DNA from: Candidatus Latescibacterota bacterium
Lineage (GTDB): Bacteria > Latescibacterota > UBA2968 > UBA8231
Direction of reading: 5' to 3'
Assembly (NCBI GenBank): GCA_965248355.1
Contig: OZ252098.1
Span: forward strand, 4,640,001 to 4,704,000
Length of the DNA: 64,000 nt
The notes below the pieces were generated by a model. The model saw only the letters and a program-made list of their open reading frames with translations. It was not told where the DNA came from and made no database searches. Of the stretch, positions 41,495 through 52,680 are shown in pieces. A program made the position numbers and the translations under genes. Every line of letters begins with the position of its first letter. Within the stretch, counting starts at the first letter, position 1.

Positions 41495-42918
41495 GGCATT
41501 GTCCCGATCTTAGTTGAAATAGCACAGGCTCCCATCGTTACGTTTGATACGAGAAATCCCCAAGAAGCCTCGTATCGGTAACCCAAGGAGCCTGCCATGA
41601 GCAAGCTACAAGCACGGAAGAAGGGCGTCAAACGGACCGTGGCCATCGGCCCCGTGAACCGCCAAGCCACCGCGTCGATGGACGATCTGGAGACTCGCAT
41701 CGAGGTCATCCAGCTGCTGATCCCTTTGGGTCTGCAGGCGGTCTCGGAGGAGCTGCAGCAGTCGGTCGAGGCCTTGGCCGGACCTCGGTATCAGCGCAAG
41801 GGTCCGGATCAGGCGTTGCGCCGCTGGGGGGCGCAGGCCGGGTCGGTGTACCTGGGCGATCAGAAACTGCCGGTCGAGGTGCCGCGCGTGCGCGATGTGG
41901 TCCGCGGCACCGAGGTCCCGCTGGAGGCCTATCAGGCCCTGCAGACGCCGAGGCAGATGGACCAGGGGCTGTTGTTGCGGGTGCTGAAGGGCCTGGCCAC
42001 GCGCAACTACGAGGCCTGCGCCGAGACCGTCCCGCAAGCCTTCGGTCTGTCCCGTTCCTCGGTCTCTCGCCGGTATGTGAAAGGCACGGCGCGCAAGCTG
42101 GCCGAATTCCAGCAGCGATCCCTGGAAGGCTACGACCTGGTGGCGCTGTTTCTGGACGGCAAGAGCTTTGCCGACGAGGAAATCCTCATCGCCCTGGGCG
42201 TCACTGTGGAAGGACACAAGATCCCTCTGGGTTTCGTGCAGGCGGCGACCGAGAACGAGCGCGTCTGTCGTCGCTTCCTGGCGGAGCTGGTCGAGCGGGG
42301 CCTGCAATACGAGGCCGGGCTGCTCGTGGTGATCGATGGAGGCAAGGGCCTGTACAAGGCAGTGCGGTCGGTGCTCCAGGGCCATGCCTGCGTGCAGCGA
42401 TGCCAGTATCACAAGCGCCAGAACGTGGTCTCGTACCTGCCCAAGAGCGAGCAGGGCGGCGTTCGTCGAAAGCTGGAAGCGGCGTATGGGCACTCGACGT
42501 ACGAGGAGGCCCAAGCCGCCCTGGAGGCGCTGAAACCGGGGTTGCAGTTGATGAACCAGTCGGCCCTGCGCAGCTTGGAGGAAGGCCAGCAAGAAACCCT
42601 CACGCTCCACCGCCTGGGCCTGATGCCGATGCTGAAGGCCTCCTTCCGTACCACCAACTGTATCGAGAACGTCAACAGTCTCCTGGAGCAGTTGACGCAC
42701 AACGTGCGGCGCTGGACCAACTCGTCGCAGCGTCACCGCTGGGTCGCCACGGCGTTGCTTGACATCGAACCTCGCCTCCGCCGGGTCAACGGCTACCACC
42801 ACCTGCCGATGCTCCGGCAAGCGCTCCAAGCCGAGCTCGGCATCCAGCAGCTCGCGATGACGGGCTGACTCATCCACTCGAGCCTGGGCTACGTTTCAAC
42901 TGAGAATGGGACTTGCCC
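41495..42918 (+). mobile_element. IS256-family insertion sequence
   Basis: Imperfect terminal IRs (GGCATTGTCCCGATCTTAGTTGAAA / GGGCAAGTCCCATTCTCAGTTGAAA); 8-bp target duplication GTACTACG at 41487-94 and 42919-26. Confidence 0.9.
41597..42868 (+). CDS. IS256/Mutator-family DDE transposase
   Basis: LFLDG, VIDGGKGL, QRCQYHK, TTNCIENVN. Confidence 0.93.
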   Translation: MSKLQARKKGVKRTVAIGPVNRQATASMDDLETRIEVIQLLIPLGLQAVSEELQQSVEALAGPRYQRKGPDQALRRWGAQAGSVYLGDQKLPVEVPRVRDVVRGTEVPLEAYQALQTPRQMDQGLLLRVLKGLATRNYEACAETVPQAFGLSRSSVSRRYVKGTARKLAEFQQRSLEGYDLVALFLDGKSFADEEILIALGVTVEGHKIPLGFVQAATENERVCRRFLAELVERGLQYEAGLLVVIDGGKGLYKAVRSVLQGHACVQRCQYHKRQNVVSYLPKSEQGGVRRKLEAAYGHSTYEEAQAALEALKPGLQLMNQSALRSLEEGQQETLTLHRLGLMPMLKASFRTTNCIENVNSLLEQLTHNVRRWTNSSQRHRWVATALLDIEPRLRRVNGYHHLPMLRQALQAELGIQQLAMTG

Positions 42919-42955
42919 GTACTACGGCGGCCGCTGTGATGCCGGGGAAGATCGC

Positions 42956-45745
42956 TCATCCACGGGTCGGCCGTCGCCGCCGCTTCGGCTTGGCCTTGGC
43001 CGCCAGCGGCACCACCATCTTCTCATACAGTCCGAACAGGTGCTCGACGCGCTCGCGGTCGGAGGCGAAGACGCTGCGGCGGTAGAGCCTGTCGACGGCG
43101 CGGTCGAGGGCTTGGTGCGCCTTGCGGAGACCGGCGGGCATGAGGTCGGGGTCGTAGAGGTCGGCCAACGTCGCGTCGGGATGGGAGGCGCGGGCGGCGA
43201 GGACGGCGTCGGCGTGGGGGGCGAGGCGTTCCAGGCGTGCCTCGGGGACGGGGGGAAGGGGGAAGGTGTTGTACACGAGTCCGATGGAGTAGCGGGGGTC
43301 GCTTTTCAGGCGACCGCCGATGTTGCGCAGCCAGCCTACGTGCATGGCCGAGGTGAGCAGGGCGAACAGGGGTTTGCTGGCGTTCTCGATGATGCGGACG
43401 AGATTGCTCGGAATCACGGGCGGCTCAAGCCAGGCAATGGGGATGTATTTCCGACGTTCTGAACTGGTCTCCGGAACGACCAGGAATGGCGCGGTAGGAA
43501 TGACCTTGACGTTGTATTGTGCCGGATAGTCGGCAATGGCGAGTGTGCTCTTGCGCTTGCTCGCTGCCCGGAACGCCTTTACGGCCCGCATCCGCTCAAC
43601 GACTCCCGGCATCCTCCTGAGGTCGACCGGGCCGGCGTCCTGAAGGACCAGGATCCAGCGTTCCCCTCCTTGAATGTGCTCCCGTGCGCCGATGTAAGGG
43701 CGCATGAACCTCTGGGCTTCCGGCTCTTCCAGCAGGAAAGCGGCCCGTTGGTCGGCGTCGAAGATGTAGTGCCCGTCATCAATAGGCTGGGAACCGCTCA
43801 ACAAGGGGGGCAGCCCATTCAGAGCCTGGGCCGACTCCCTCACCACAACCCTCGGATCCGCCAGTCCGCTGGCGTCGAACAGATAGGGCGACACGGCCGC
43901 GTGCTGGCTCTCCTGTGGATCGCCCTTGGGATCATCGTAGGAGAAGAGCCGCTTCTCCCTCGGCGCATCGCCCCGTTTGGCCAGTCCGACGATGACGACG
44001 TGAACGTGGGCCATGCCGCGAGCGTCCGATCCCCAGGCAAAGGTCCGGTGGGCAAAGGCGATGTCCAGCTTGCAGCGGGTGAAGAGGACTGGCCAGAGCT
44101 GTGCGACCTGCTCGCCCTGCGTGATGGAGTTGGTCGCCACAAAGCCGATCCGCGCCGTGCTCCGCTGCACGTATTCGCCGGCCTTGATGAACCAAGCGGT
44201 GACGTAGTCGAGGGTGCCGCCGCTCCTGCCCAGCGCGGCGATGCGGCGCACCTGCTCGCGCTGCTCGGACGACTGGAACTTCGCTCCAACAAAGGGCGGG
44301 TTCCCGAGCACGTAGGAGCATTCCTCCGGCGGCAGCAGTTCGCTCCAGTCCGTTTCGAGGGCGTCAGCGTGCCGGATGTGCGGGGACGTCTCCAGGGGAA
44401 TGCGCGCATAGGTCTGCCCGAACTCCAGGCTCAGGCGGTTGTTCATGATGTGGTCCATCATCCACAGCGCGACCTCGGCGATGCGGACCGGGAACTCTCC
44501 CAACTCGATACCGTAGAACTGATCCACGTCGACTACTGATATGGACTGGGCAAATGCGTCGAATTGTCCGCTTGGGCGGATCTCCTTGAGCACTTCGATT
44601 TCCAGCGCCCGCAGTTCGCGGTAGGCGATGATGAGGAAGTTGCCGCAGCCGCAGGCCGGATCGAGGAATCGCAGGGTCCCGAGCCGCTGCTGAAAGGCGA
44701 TGAGTTCGGGGATGCGGCGGCTGTCGCGGCGCCCCCGGAGGCGGTGGAATTCGGCGCGCAGCTCGTCGAGGAACAGCGGCTCGATGACCTTGAGGATGTT
44801 CTGTTCCGTGGTGTAGTGCGCGCCGTGGGCTCGGCGCTGGTCCTTGTCAATGACGGACTGAAAGAGGGAGCCGAAGATCGCCGGGGAGATATTGGACCAA
44901 TCGAAATGACAGGCGTCGATCAGGAGCCGGCGCATTTCGGAATCGAAGGAGGGAATGAGCAGTTGATCGCGGAACAGGTCGCCGTTCACGTAGGGGAAGC
45001 GGGCGAGGTCGGCGTCGAGGTTCGAGGAGCGCCGGTCTTCTGGCGTGTTGAGGATCTGGAACAACTGCGCCATCCAGCCGCCGAGGTCCGTGCCGTCTTC
45101 GCGTGTCCGGCCCTCCAGCAGGTCGAGAAAGATGTCGCGCGGCTCGAAGATGCCGGTGTCGTCGGCGAAGAAGCAGAAGACCAGGCGGACGAGGAATTGC
45201 TCCAGGTCGTGGCCGGTGTACCCGGAGTCGGCCAAGGCGTCGTGGAGTAGGCCGACGCGCTCGGAGGCCTCGATGTTGACCGGGTCCTGATCCCTGAAGG
45301 TCCGTTTCTGGACGCCGAGGATGAAGCCGAACTTCTCGACGTGGTCGGGCAAGTCGGGGAGAGTGAAACGGATCTCCTCGCGCTCGGCCCGGTCGAGCAG
45401 CTCGAAGGTCTGGAAGTCGCAATGCAGCTGATACCTCGGCCGGTCGTGCTCGGGCAGAGCGTCGAAGTAGCTGCCTGCCTGCTGGCGGGCCTCCTCCAGA
45501 TCGACTCCAGCACTCTTCTGTTCAACCAGGAAGACCCCTGGCCAGAACAGGTCGATGAAGCCGCGGGAGTCGTCCAGGCGCCGGACATGCTCCTCGTAGC
45601 GGGCGACGGTCCTTCGCTTCACTCCGAAGATCTCGAAGAATTCGTTGTAGAAGCTCTGGGTCTCGCCCTTCTCGTACCCGGCACCCTCCCAATCCTGGGC
45701 GAACTGGGCGGCGCGGGCCCGGACTTCATTCCACGATAGACGCAT
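42956..45745 (-). CDS. MmeI-family type IIL restriction-modification enzyme (N6-adenine MTase)
   Basis: IDLFWPG...VEQKS nuclease motif, GAHYT, DPACGCGNF, GNPPF, RYS...YNTFP target-recognition region. Confidence 0.92.
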   Translation of the reverse strand: MRLSWNEVRARAAQFAQDWEGAGYEKGETQSFYNEFFEIFGVKRRTVARYEEHVRRLDDSRGFIDLFWPGVFLVEQKSAGVDLEEARQQAGSYFDALPEHDRPRYQLHCDFQTFELLDRAEREEIRFTLPDLPDHVEKFGFILGVQKRTFRDQDPVNIEASERVGLLHDALADSGYTGHDLEQFLVRLVFCFFADDTGIFEPRDIFLDLLEGRTREDGTDLGGWMAQLFQILNTPEDRRSSNLDADLARFPYVNGDLFRDQLLIPSFDSEMRRLLIDACHFDWSNISPAIFGSLFQSVIDKDQRRAHGAHYTTEQNILKVIEPLFLDELRAEFHRLRGRRDSRRIPELIAFQQRLGTLRFLDPACGCGNFLIIAYRELRALEIEVLKEIRPSGQFDAFAQSISVVDVDQFYGIELGEFPVRIAEVALWMMDHIMNNRLSLEFGQTYARIPLETSPHIRHADALETDWSELLPPEECSYVLGNPPFVGAKFQSSEQREQVRRIAALGRSGGTLDYVTAWFIKAGEYVQRSTARIGFVATNSITQGEQVAQLWPVLFTRCKLDIAFAHRTFAWGSDARGMAHVHVVIVGLAKRGDAPREKRLFSYDDPKGDPQESQHAAVSPYLFDASGLADPRVVVRESAQALNGLPPLLSGSQPIDDGHYIFDADQRAAFLLEEPEAQRFMRPYIGAREHIQGGERWILVLQDAGPVDLRRMPGVVERMRAVKAFRAASKRKSTLAIADYPAQYNVKVIPTAPFLVVPETSSERRKYIPIAWLEPPVIPSNLVRIIENASKPLFALLTSAMHVGWLRNIGGRLKSDPRYSIGLVYNTFPLPPVPEARLERLAPHADAVLAARASHPDATLADLYDPDLMPAGLRKAHQALDRAVDRLYRRSVFASDRERVEHLFGLYEKMVVPLAAKAKPKRRRRPTRG

Positions 45746-45757
45746 ATAGAGGATCCC

Positions 45758-46765
45758 TCACCCGGCGGGCTCCGCCAGCAGATTGATGATGAGGCGGACC
45801 ATCAGGTCCTTGCCGGCGGGGGCGCTCTCGGCGATGAGCAGGGTGAGCGCCGTCAGAGCCTCGGGATTGAGCCGATGGTCCAGGCCCTCCTGCTTCAGGT
45901 ACAGAAGGAACAGCAGGGAGCCAATGCGCTTGTTGCCATCGGTGAAGGGGTGATCCTTCACGATGAAATAGAGCAGATGGGCCGCCTTCTCCTCGCGGGA
46001 GCGGTAGAGGGACTCGCCGAACATGGTCTGCTCGATGCTCCCGAGAATCGCCGCCAGGGCATCGCCGCGAGGATTGCCGAAGAGGGAAGAAGCCTCGCGG
46101 CGAGCCATCAGCTCGCTCTTGAATTCGGCGATGGCCCGGATGGCGCGATCGTGATCGAGCACGCCAACGGACGGCCTTGCTCCGGGCGGCGTTGCCAGCC
46201 GGTCCTCGTCGTACTCGAGGAGCAGACGCCAGGTGTCCGCATAGCCGGCGATGAGCTCCAGCACGGCCTGGCCGGAGTTGTCGACGAGCGCCTGGTTTCG
46301 AAGAGTCCGGGCGAGGAGATCGAGGGTTTCCCGGGCCTCGCGCAGACCGCGTTCGGCGAGGCGTCGCTCGTTCAGGGTGAAGCCGCGGACCAGATGATCG
46401 CGAAGGGTTCGGGTGGCCCACTGGCGGAAGCGGACGCCCCGCTTGGAATTGACCCGGTAGCCGACCGAGATGATGGCGTCCAGGTCAAAATGCTTGAGGG
46501 TTCGTCGAACCCGGCGCCGGCCCTCGGTCTGAACTACCAAGAAATCCTTGGTAGTTGCCTCTGCCTCCAACTCCCCGCCGGAGAATACGTTGCGCAAGTG
46601 CATCTGGACGTTCGCAGGGGTGGTGCCGAAGACCTGCGCCATCTGCCGTTGGGTCAGCCAGACCGTCTCTCGGTCGAGGCGGACATCCACACTCACTTCC
46701 CCACCCGGTGTCTCGTAGACCAGGATCTCGCCGTCGGGGCGGGTTGCGGGGGGGGCGCTGCTCAT
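45758..46765 (-). CDS. RhuM-family / Fic-Doc domain protein
   Basis: ETVWLTQ, IISVGYRVNS...FRQWA, HPFTDGNKRIG. Confidence 0.9.
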   Translation of the reverse strand: MSSAPPATRPDGEILVYETPGGEVSVDVRLDRETVWLTQRQMAQVFGTTPANVQMHLRNVFSGGELEAEATTKDFLVVQTEGRRRVRRTLKHFDLDAIISVGYRVNSKRGVRFRQWATRTLRDHLVRGFTLNERRLAERGLREARETLDLLARTLRNQALVDNSGQAVLELIAGYADTWRLLLEYDEDRLATPPGARPSVGVLDHDRAIRAIAEFKSELMARREASSLFGNPRGDALAAILGSIEQTMFGESLYRSREEKAAHLLYFIVKDHPFTDGNKRIGSLLFLLYLKQEGLDHRLNPEALTALTLLIAESAPAGKDLMVRLIINLLAEPAG

Positions 46766-46925
46766 CTCATTGGACTCGGGTTGAACCCGGGGTGGGCGAG
46801 ATTCTGCATGCCGGGTTACAATTAGGTCTACGGCTCGGCCTCGGCGACACCGAGCAGCCGAGCCTCGTGGGTCCCCGGGCGGCGGCAATCGGCGCATGCG
46901 TCCGGATCTTCGTCCTCCAGAATAT

Positions 46926-46969
46926 AGCCCAGGTGCCTCCGTTGCTCGCACGACAGAAGCCCGCCGGTC
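46926..46969 (+). repeat. About 45-bp direct repeat, copy 2
   Basis: AGCCCAGGTGCCTCCGTTGCTCGCACGACAGAAGCCCGCC. Confidence 0.75.
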
Positions 46970-47010
46970 CGCACCCGCGGCCCCGCCCGCCCGTGACCCG
47001 CCTCGCCCCG

Positions 47011-48855
47011 ATGCGCGCGGTCTCCCGGATCGCCCTCCTGGCCGCCGCCCTCCTGACGCTGGCCCACGCCCCCGCCGCCGCCGAGGATGCCACCACCGCT
47101 CGCCGCGAGGCCGTCCATGCCCTCGCCGTGACCGGCGATCTCAAGTACGGCCCCGGCTTCACCCACTTCGACTACACCGACCCTGACGCCGTCCGGGGCG
47201 GGGAGGTGCGGCTGGCCCGGGTTGGCACCTTCGACAGCCTCAACCCCTTCATCCTCAAGGGCGTCGCCGCCGCCGGCTGGAACCTGATCTACAGCCGCCT
47301 GTGCGAGAAGGCGCAGGACGAGCCGCTGTCGGAGTACGGCCACCTCGCCGAGTCGATGTGGCTGGCTCCCGACCGCGGCTCCGTCACCTTCTTCCTGCGC
47401 CCGGGGGCGCGCTGGCACGACGGCGAGCCGGTCACCGCCCACGACATCGTGTTCTCCTTCTATACCCTCGTGCGCCACGGCACCCCCTTCTACCGCTCCT
47501 TCTACGCCGACGTGGACACCGCCTTCGCCGAGGACGAGGGCACGGTCACCTTCGAGCTGGCCGCCACCGACAACCGCGAGCTGCCCGTCGTCCTCGGCCA
47601 GCTCCGCGCCCTGCCCCGGCACTACTGGGAGGCCCGGGACTTCACGAAGACGACCTTGGAGCCGCCTCTGGGCAGCGGCCCCTACCGCATCGAGTCCGTC
47701 GACCCGGGCCGCTCCATCACCTACGCGCGGGTCGACGGCAACTGGGACGAGGGCCTGCCGGCCCGCCGGGGCCAGCACAACTTCGACCGCATCACCTACG
47801 ACTACTACCGGGACGACACGGTCGCCCAGGAGGCGCTGAAGGCCGGGGAGTACGACCTGCGCGCCGTGACCTCGGCCCGCGAGTGGTCCACCGGCTACGA
47901 CCATCCCGCCGTGAAGGAGGGCCGCCTGGTGAAGGCGGAGCTGCCCAACCGCCGCATCCGCGGCATGTCCGGCTTCGTCTTCAACACCCGGCGCTCCCGC
48001 TTCGCCGACCCCCGCGTGCGCCACGCCCTAACCCACGCCTTCGACTTCGAGTGGACCAACGCCACCCTCTTCCACGGGCTCTACACGCGCACCGAGAGCC
48101 ACTTCGCCAACTCCGAGCTGGCCGCCTCGGGCCGGCCCAGTGGCCGCGAGCTGGAGATCCTGGAGCGCTACCGGGGCCGGGTGCCGGACGAGGTCTTCGG
48201 CGAGGTCTGCAGCGCTCCCTCCACCGACGGCGACGGCTCGATCCGCGCCAACCTGCGCAAGGCCCGGCGCATGCTGCGCGAGGCCGGCTGGGTGGTGCGC
48301 GGCGGCTCCCTGGTCCACGAGGAGACGGGCGAGCCCATGGCCTTCGAGTTCCTGCTGGTGCGGCCGTCGTACGAGCGCGTCGTGGGACCGGTGCGGCTGC
48401 ACCTGAAGCGGCTCGGCATCGCCACCACGAGCCGCACCGTGGACGCGTCCCAGTACTACCGCCGGCTGCAGGAGTACGACTACGACGTGGTGGCCCGAGG
48501 CTGGAACCAGTACCTGTCCCCGGGCAACGAGCAGCGCAACTACTGGTCCTCGGCCGCGGCCGGGACGCCGGGCAGCCGCAACTACGCCGGGGTCCGCGAC
48601 CCGGTGGTGGACGAGCTGGTGGAGCGCCTCATCGCCGCCCAGACCCGCGCCGAGCAGGTGGCCATGGCCCGCGCCCTGGACCGGGTGCTGACCTGGGGCC
48701 ACTACGTGATCCCCCACTGGCACACCACCGTCCACCGCCTCGTCTACTGGAACCGGTTCTCGCGACCGGCCATCGTGCCCATGATCTCCCTCGGCTTCCC
48801 GGAGACCTGGTGGATCGACCCGGCCCGGGCCGAGGCCCTGGAGGAGAAGCGGTGA
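47011..48855 (+). CDS. yejA: Peptide ABC transporter substrate-binding protein
   Basis: Signal peptide, [36 protein letters not shown]. Confidence 0.88.
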   Translation: MRAVSRIALLAAALLTLAHAPAAAEDATTARREAVHALAVTGDLKYGPGFTHFDYTDPDAVRGGEVRLARVGTFDSLNPFILKGVAAAGWNLIYSRLCEKAQDEPLSEYGHLAESMWLAPDRGSVTFFLRPGARWHDGEPVTAHDIVFSFYTLVRHGTPFYRSFYADVDTAFAEDEGTVTFELAATDNRELPVVLGQLRALPRHYWEARDFTKTTLEPPLGSGPYRIESVDPGRSITYARVDGNWDEGLPARRGQHNFDRITYDYYRDDTVAQEALKAGEYDLRAVTSAREWSTGYDHPAVKEGRLVKAELPNRRIRGMSGFVFNTRRSRFADPRVRHALTHAFDFEWTNATLFHGLYTRTESHFANSELAASGRPSGRELEILERYRGRVPDEVFGEVCSAPSTDGDGSIRANLRKARRMLREAGWVVRGGSLVHEETGEPMAFEFLLVRPSYERVVGPVRLHLKRLGIATTSRTVDASQYYRRLQEYDYDVVARGWNQYLSPGNEQRNYWSSAAAGTPGSRNYAGVRDPVVDELVERLIAAQTRAEQVAMARALDRVLTWGHYVIPHWHTTVHRLVYWNRFSRPAIVPMISLGFPETWWIDPARAEALEEKR

Positions 48856-49946
48856 CCGCCTACATCCTGCGCCGGCTGCTGCTCATGGCGCCGACCCTGT
48901 TCGGCATCATGGTCCTCAACTTCATCATCGTCCAGGCCGCCCCCGGCGGTCCGGTGGAGCAGGTCATCGCCCGCATGCAGGGCCACGACCTGGGCGCCGC
49001 CGGCCGCGTCACCGGAGGGGCGGGGGAGGTCGCCGAAGCGGATATCGCCGGCACCGAGGCCACGGCCCGCTACCGGGGGGCCCGCGGCCTCGACCCGGAC
49101 CTGATCGCCGAGCTGGAGGTCCTCTACGGCTTCGACAAGCCCGCCCCCCAGCGCTTCGTCGAGATGATGGGCCGCTACCTGCGCTTCGACTTCGGCACCT
49201 CCTTCTACCGCGACCGCTCCGTCGTCGACCTGGTCCTCGACAAGCTGCCGGTGTCGATCTCCCTCGGCCTGTGGACGACCCTGCTCATCTACGCCGTCTC
49301 CATCCCCCTCGGCGTGGCCAAGGCGGTGCGCCGGGGCTCGCGCTTCGACGTGTGGACCTCGGGAGCGATCGTCGTCGGCAACGCCGTGCCCACCTTCCTC
49401 TTCGCCATCCTTCTGGTGGTGCTCTTCGCCGGCGGCCAGTACTGGCAGTGGTTCCCGCTGCGGGGGCTGGTCTCGGCCAACTGGGAGGAGCTGTCGGTGG
49501 CGGGCCAGCTCCTCGACTACCTCTGGCACCAGTGCCTGCCGGTGCTCTCCCTGGTCATCGGCGGCTTCGCCGGCCTCACCCTGCTGACGCGGAACTCCTT
49601 CCTCGACGAGATCGGCAAGCAGTACGTGGTCACGGCCCGGGCCAAGGGCCTCGGCGAGGGCCGCGTCCTCTACGGCCACGTCTTCCGCAACGCCATGCTC
49701 ATCGTCATCGCCGGCTTCCCCGCCGCCTTCGTGGGCATCCTCTTCACCGGGGCCCTGCTCACCGAGATCATCTTCTCCCTCGACGGCCTCGGGCTGCTCG
49801 GCTTCGAGGCGGCCGTCAACCGCGACTACCCCGTGGTCTTCGGCACCCTCTACGTCTTCACCCTCCTGGGCCTGGTCCTGCAACTGGTGGGCGACCTCAC
49901 CTACACCCTCGTGGACCGCCGCATCGACTTCGAGGCGCGCTCGTGA
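48852..49946 (+). CDS. yejB: Peptide ABC transporter permease
   Basis: [29 protein letters not shown]. Confidence 0.88.
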   Translation: MTAYILRRLLLMAPTLFGIMVLNFIIVQAAPGGPVEQVIARMQGHDLGAAGRVTGGAGEVAEADIAGTEATARYRGARGLDPDLIAELEVLYGFDKPAPQRFVEMMGRYLRFDFGTSFYRDRSVVDLVLDKLPVSISLGLWTTLLIYAVSIPLGVAKAVRRGSRFDVWTSGAIVVGNAVPTFLFAILLVVLFAGGQYWQWFPLRGLVSANWEELSVAGQLLDYLWHQCLPVLSLVIGGFAGLTLLTRNSFLDEIGKQYVVTARAKGLGEGRVLYGHVFRNAMLIVIAGFPAAFVGILFTGALLTEIIFSLDGLGLLGFEAAVNRDYPVVFGTLYVFTLLGLVLQLVGDLTYTLVDRRIDFEARS

Positions 49947-50977
49947 GGCTGTCGCCCCTGAACCGCCGCCGCCTCGCCGTCTTCCGGGGCCACCGCCGGG
50001 GGTGGTGGAGCCTGTGGCTGTTCCTGGGCCTGGTGGCCGTCACCCTGCCGGCGGAGTTCGTCGCCAACGACCGCCCCCTGCTGGTCTCCTGTGACGGGCG
50101 CTGGTACTTCCCGGTCTTCGCCGAGTACGCCGAGACCGAGTTCGGCGGCGAGTTCGAGACCGAGGCCGACTACCGCGACCCCTTCGTGGCCGGACTGGTG
50201 GAGGCCGGGGACGGCTGGATGCTGTGGCCGCCCATCCGCTACGGACCGCGCACCGTCAACTTCGACCTGCGCCGTCCGGCGCCGGCGCCGCCGGCGGCCG
50301 GGAACTGGCTCGGCACCGACGACCAGGCCCGCGACGTCCTGGCGCGGCTGATCTACGGCTTCCGCCTCTCCGTGCTCTTCGGGTTCTGCCTGACCGCGGT
50401 CAGCTCGGTGGTCGGCGTCGCCGCCGGCGCCGTGCAGGGCTACCTCGGGGGCTGGGTCGACCTGCTGCTGCAGCGCCTCATCGAGATCTGGCAGGGCATG
50501 CCCACCCTCTACCTGCTCATCATCCTGGCCAGCCTCGTGGAGCCCAACTTCCTCTGGCTCCTCGGCCTGATGCTGCTCTTCAGCTGGATCCAGCTCGTGG
50601 GCGTGGTCCGCGCCGAGGTGCTGCGGGCCCGCAACTTCGACTTCGTGCGCGCCGCCCGCGCCCTCGGCGTGCCGGAAGGGACGGTGCTGCTCAGGCACGT
50701 GCTGCCCAACGCCGCCGTGGCCGCCCTCACCTTCCTGCCCTTCGTGCTCACCGGGTCGGTGGCGGTGCTGGCCTCCCTCGACTTCCTCGGCTTCGGCCTG
50801 CCCGCCGGCTCGCCCTCCCTCGGCGAGCTTCTCGGCCAGGGCAAGCGCAACCTCCACGCCCCGTGGCTGGGGCTGACGGCCTTCTTCGCGCTGGCCGTGA
50901 TGCTGTCGCTGCTCGTCTTCATCGGCGAGGCCCTGCGCGACGCCTTCGACCCGCGCCCCACGGGGGACCCGTCATGA
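49943..50977 (+). CDS. yejE: Peptide ABC transporter permease
   Basis: [37 protein letters not shown]. Confidence 0.88.
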   Translation: MRLSPLNRRRLAVFRGHRRGWWSLWLFLGLVAVTLPAEFVANDRPLLVSCDGRWYFPVFAEYAETEFGGEFETEADYRDPFVAGLVEAGDGWMLWPPIRYGPRTVNFDLRRPAPAPPAAGNWLGTDDQARDVLARLIYGFRLSVLFGFCLTAVSSVVGVAAGAVQGYLGGWVDLLLQRLIEIWQGMPTLYLLIILASLVEPNFLWLLGLMLLFSWIQLVGVVRAEVLRARNFDFVRAARALGVPEGTVLLRHVLPNAAVAALTFLPFVLTGSVAVLASLDFLGFGLPAGSPSLGELLGQGKRNLHAPWLGLTAFFALAVMLSLLVFIGEALRDAFDPRPTGDPS

Positions 50978-52599
50978 GCCTGCTGGCCATCGACGATCTC
51001 CACGTCGCCTTCCGCGGAGAGGGCGGCCAGCCCGGCGTCGACGCCGTGCGCGGCGCCAGCCTCGACATCGGCGAAGGCGAGACCGTGGCCCTCGTGGGCG
51101 AGTCCGGCTGCGGCAAGTCGGTGACCGCCCTCTCCGTGCTCGGGCTGCTGCCCTATCCGCAGGCCCATCACCCCGGCGGCTCGATCCGCCTGCGCGGGCA
51201 GGAGCTGCTCGGCGTCCCCGACGATGAGCTGCGCCGGATCCGCGGCGACCGCGTCTCGATGATCTTCCAGGAGCCCATGACCTCGCTGAACCCGCTGCAC
51301 ACGGTGGAGCGGCAGGTCGCCGAGACCCTGCGCGTGCACCGGGGACTGGACCGCGGCGAGGCCCGCCGCCGGGTGCTGGAGCTGCTCGACGAGGTGCGCC
51401 TGCCGGAGCCGGAGCGCATGCTGGCGGCCTGGCCGCACCAGCTGTCGGGGGGGCAGCGCCAGCGCGTCATGATCGCCATGGCCCTGGCCAACGAGCCGGA
51501 TCTGCTGATCGCCGACGAGCCGACCACCGCCCTCGACGTGACCGTGCAGGCCCGCATCCTCGAGCTGCTGCGGAGCCAGCAGCGGCGCCTGGGCATGTCG
51601 ATCCTGCTGATCACCCACGACCTGACCATCGTCGGGCGGCTGGCGGACCGCGTCTTCGTCATGACCGAAGGGAGGATCGTCGAGCACGGCGAGGCCGGAC
51701 CCCTGCTGGCCAATCCGCGGCACCCCTACACGCGGCGGCTGCTGGCCAGCGAGCCCCCGCCCCTCGAAGCCGCCGCCGAGGCGGAGGGTCAGCCACTCGT
51801 CGAAGCCCGAGGCGTACGCGTCCACTTCCCGATCCGCAGCGGCCTCCTGCGCCGCACCACCGGCCACGTGCGCGCCGTGGAGGACGTGAGCCTCTCGGTC
51901 CGCCCCGGGCGCAGCGTCGGCGTGGTCGGCGAGTCCGGCTCGGGCAAGACGACCCTGGGGCTGGCGCTGCTGCGGCTGCAGGCCTGCGAGGGGGAGCTGC
52001 GCTTCGACGGGCAGGACCTGCAGTCGATGCCGGCCGCCCGGCTGCGGCCCCTGCGGCGGAGAATGCAGATCGTCTTCCAGGACCCCTTCAGCTCCCTGAG
52101 CCCGCGGCTGACGGCGTTCCAGATCGTCGAGGAGGGCCTCCTCGTCCACGGCATCGGCGCCACCGCCGCCGAGCGCCGGAACCTGGTGGCGCGGGTCCTC
52201 GGCGAGGTCGACCTCGACCCCGGCGGGATGGACCGCTACCCCCACGAGTTCTCCGGCGGCCAGCGGCAGCGGCTGGCCATCGCCCGGGCCGTCGTCCTCG
52301 AGCCGCGGTTCCTGGTTCTGGACGAGCCCACCAGCGCCCTCGACCGCACGGTGCAGCTGCAGATCCTGGAGCTGTTGCGCCGCCTGCAGGAGGAGCGGGG
52401 GCTGGGCTACCTGCTCATCAGCCACGACCTGCGCGTGGTCCGCGCCCTGGCCGAGGACCTGATCGTCATGAAGGATGGGAGGGTGGTGGAGGCCGGTCCC
52501 GCGCGGCGGCTCTTCGAGGCGCCGGCCAGCGACTACACGAGGGCGCTCATGGCGGCCGCCTTCGAGGCCCGTGCCCTCGGGCGGGACGAGGGGGACTGA
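50974..52599 (+). CDS. yejF: Peptide ABC transporter double ATPase
   Basis: Two Walker A motifs (GESGCGKS, GESGSGKT) and two SGGQRQR signatures. Confidence 0.9.
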   Translation: MSLLAIDDLHVAFRGEGGQPGVDAVRGASLDIGEGETVALVGESGCGKSVTALSVLGLLPYPQAHHPGGSIRLRGQELLGVPDDELRRIRGDRVSMIFQEPMTSLNPLHTVERQVAETLRVHRGLDRGEARRRVLELLDEVRLPEPERMLAAWPHQLSGGQRQRVMIAMALANEPDLLIADEPTTALDVTVQARILELLRSQQRRLGMSILLITHDLTIVGRLADRVFVMTEGRIVEHGEAGPLLANPRHPYTRRLLASEPPPLEAAAEAEGQPLVEARGVRVHFPIRSGLLRRTTGHVRAVEDVSLSVRPGRSVGVVGESGSGKTTLGLALLRLQACEGELRFDGQDLQSMPAARLRPLRRRMQIVFQDPFSSLSPRLTAFQIVEEGLLVHGIGATAAERRNLVARVLGEVDLDPGGMDRYPHEFSGGQRQRLAIARAVVLEPRFLVLDEPTSALDRTVQLQILELLRRLQEERGLGYLLISHDLRVVRALAEDLIVMKDGRVVEAGPARRLFEAPASDYTRALMAAAFEARALGRDEGD

Positions 52600-52680
52600 A
52601 GAACCGGTCCTCGAAGGCGCTTGCGGGAGTTCGCGGGGCCCCTGCACGTTTCTGCAGCGACTTCACCCGGGAGATGACCG

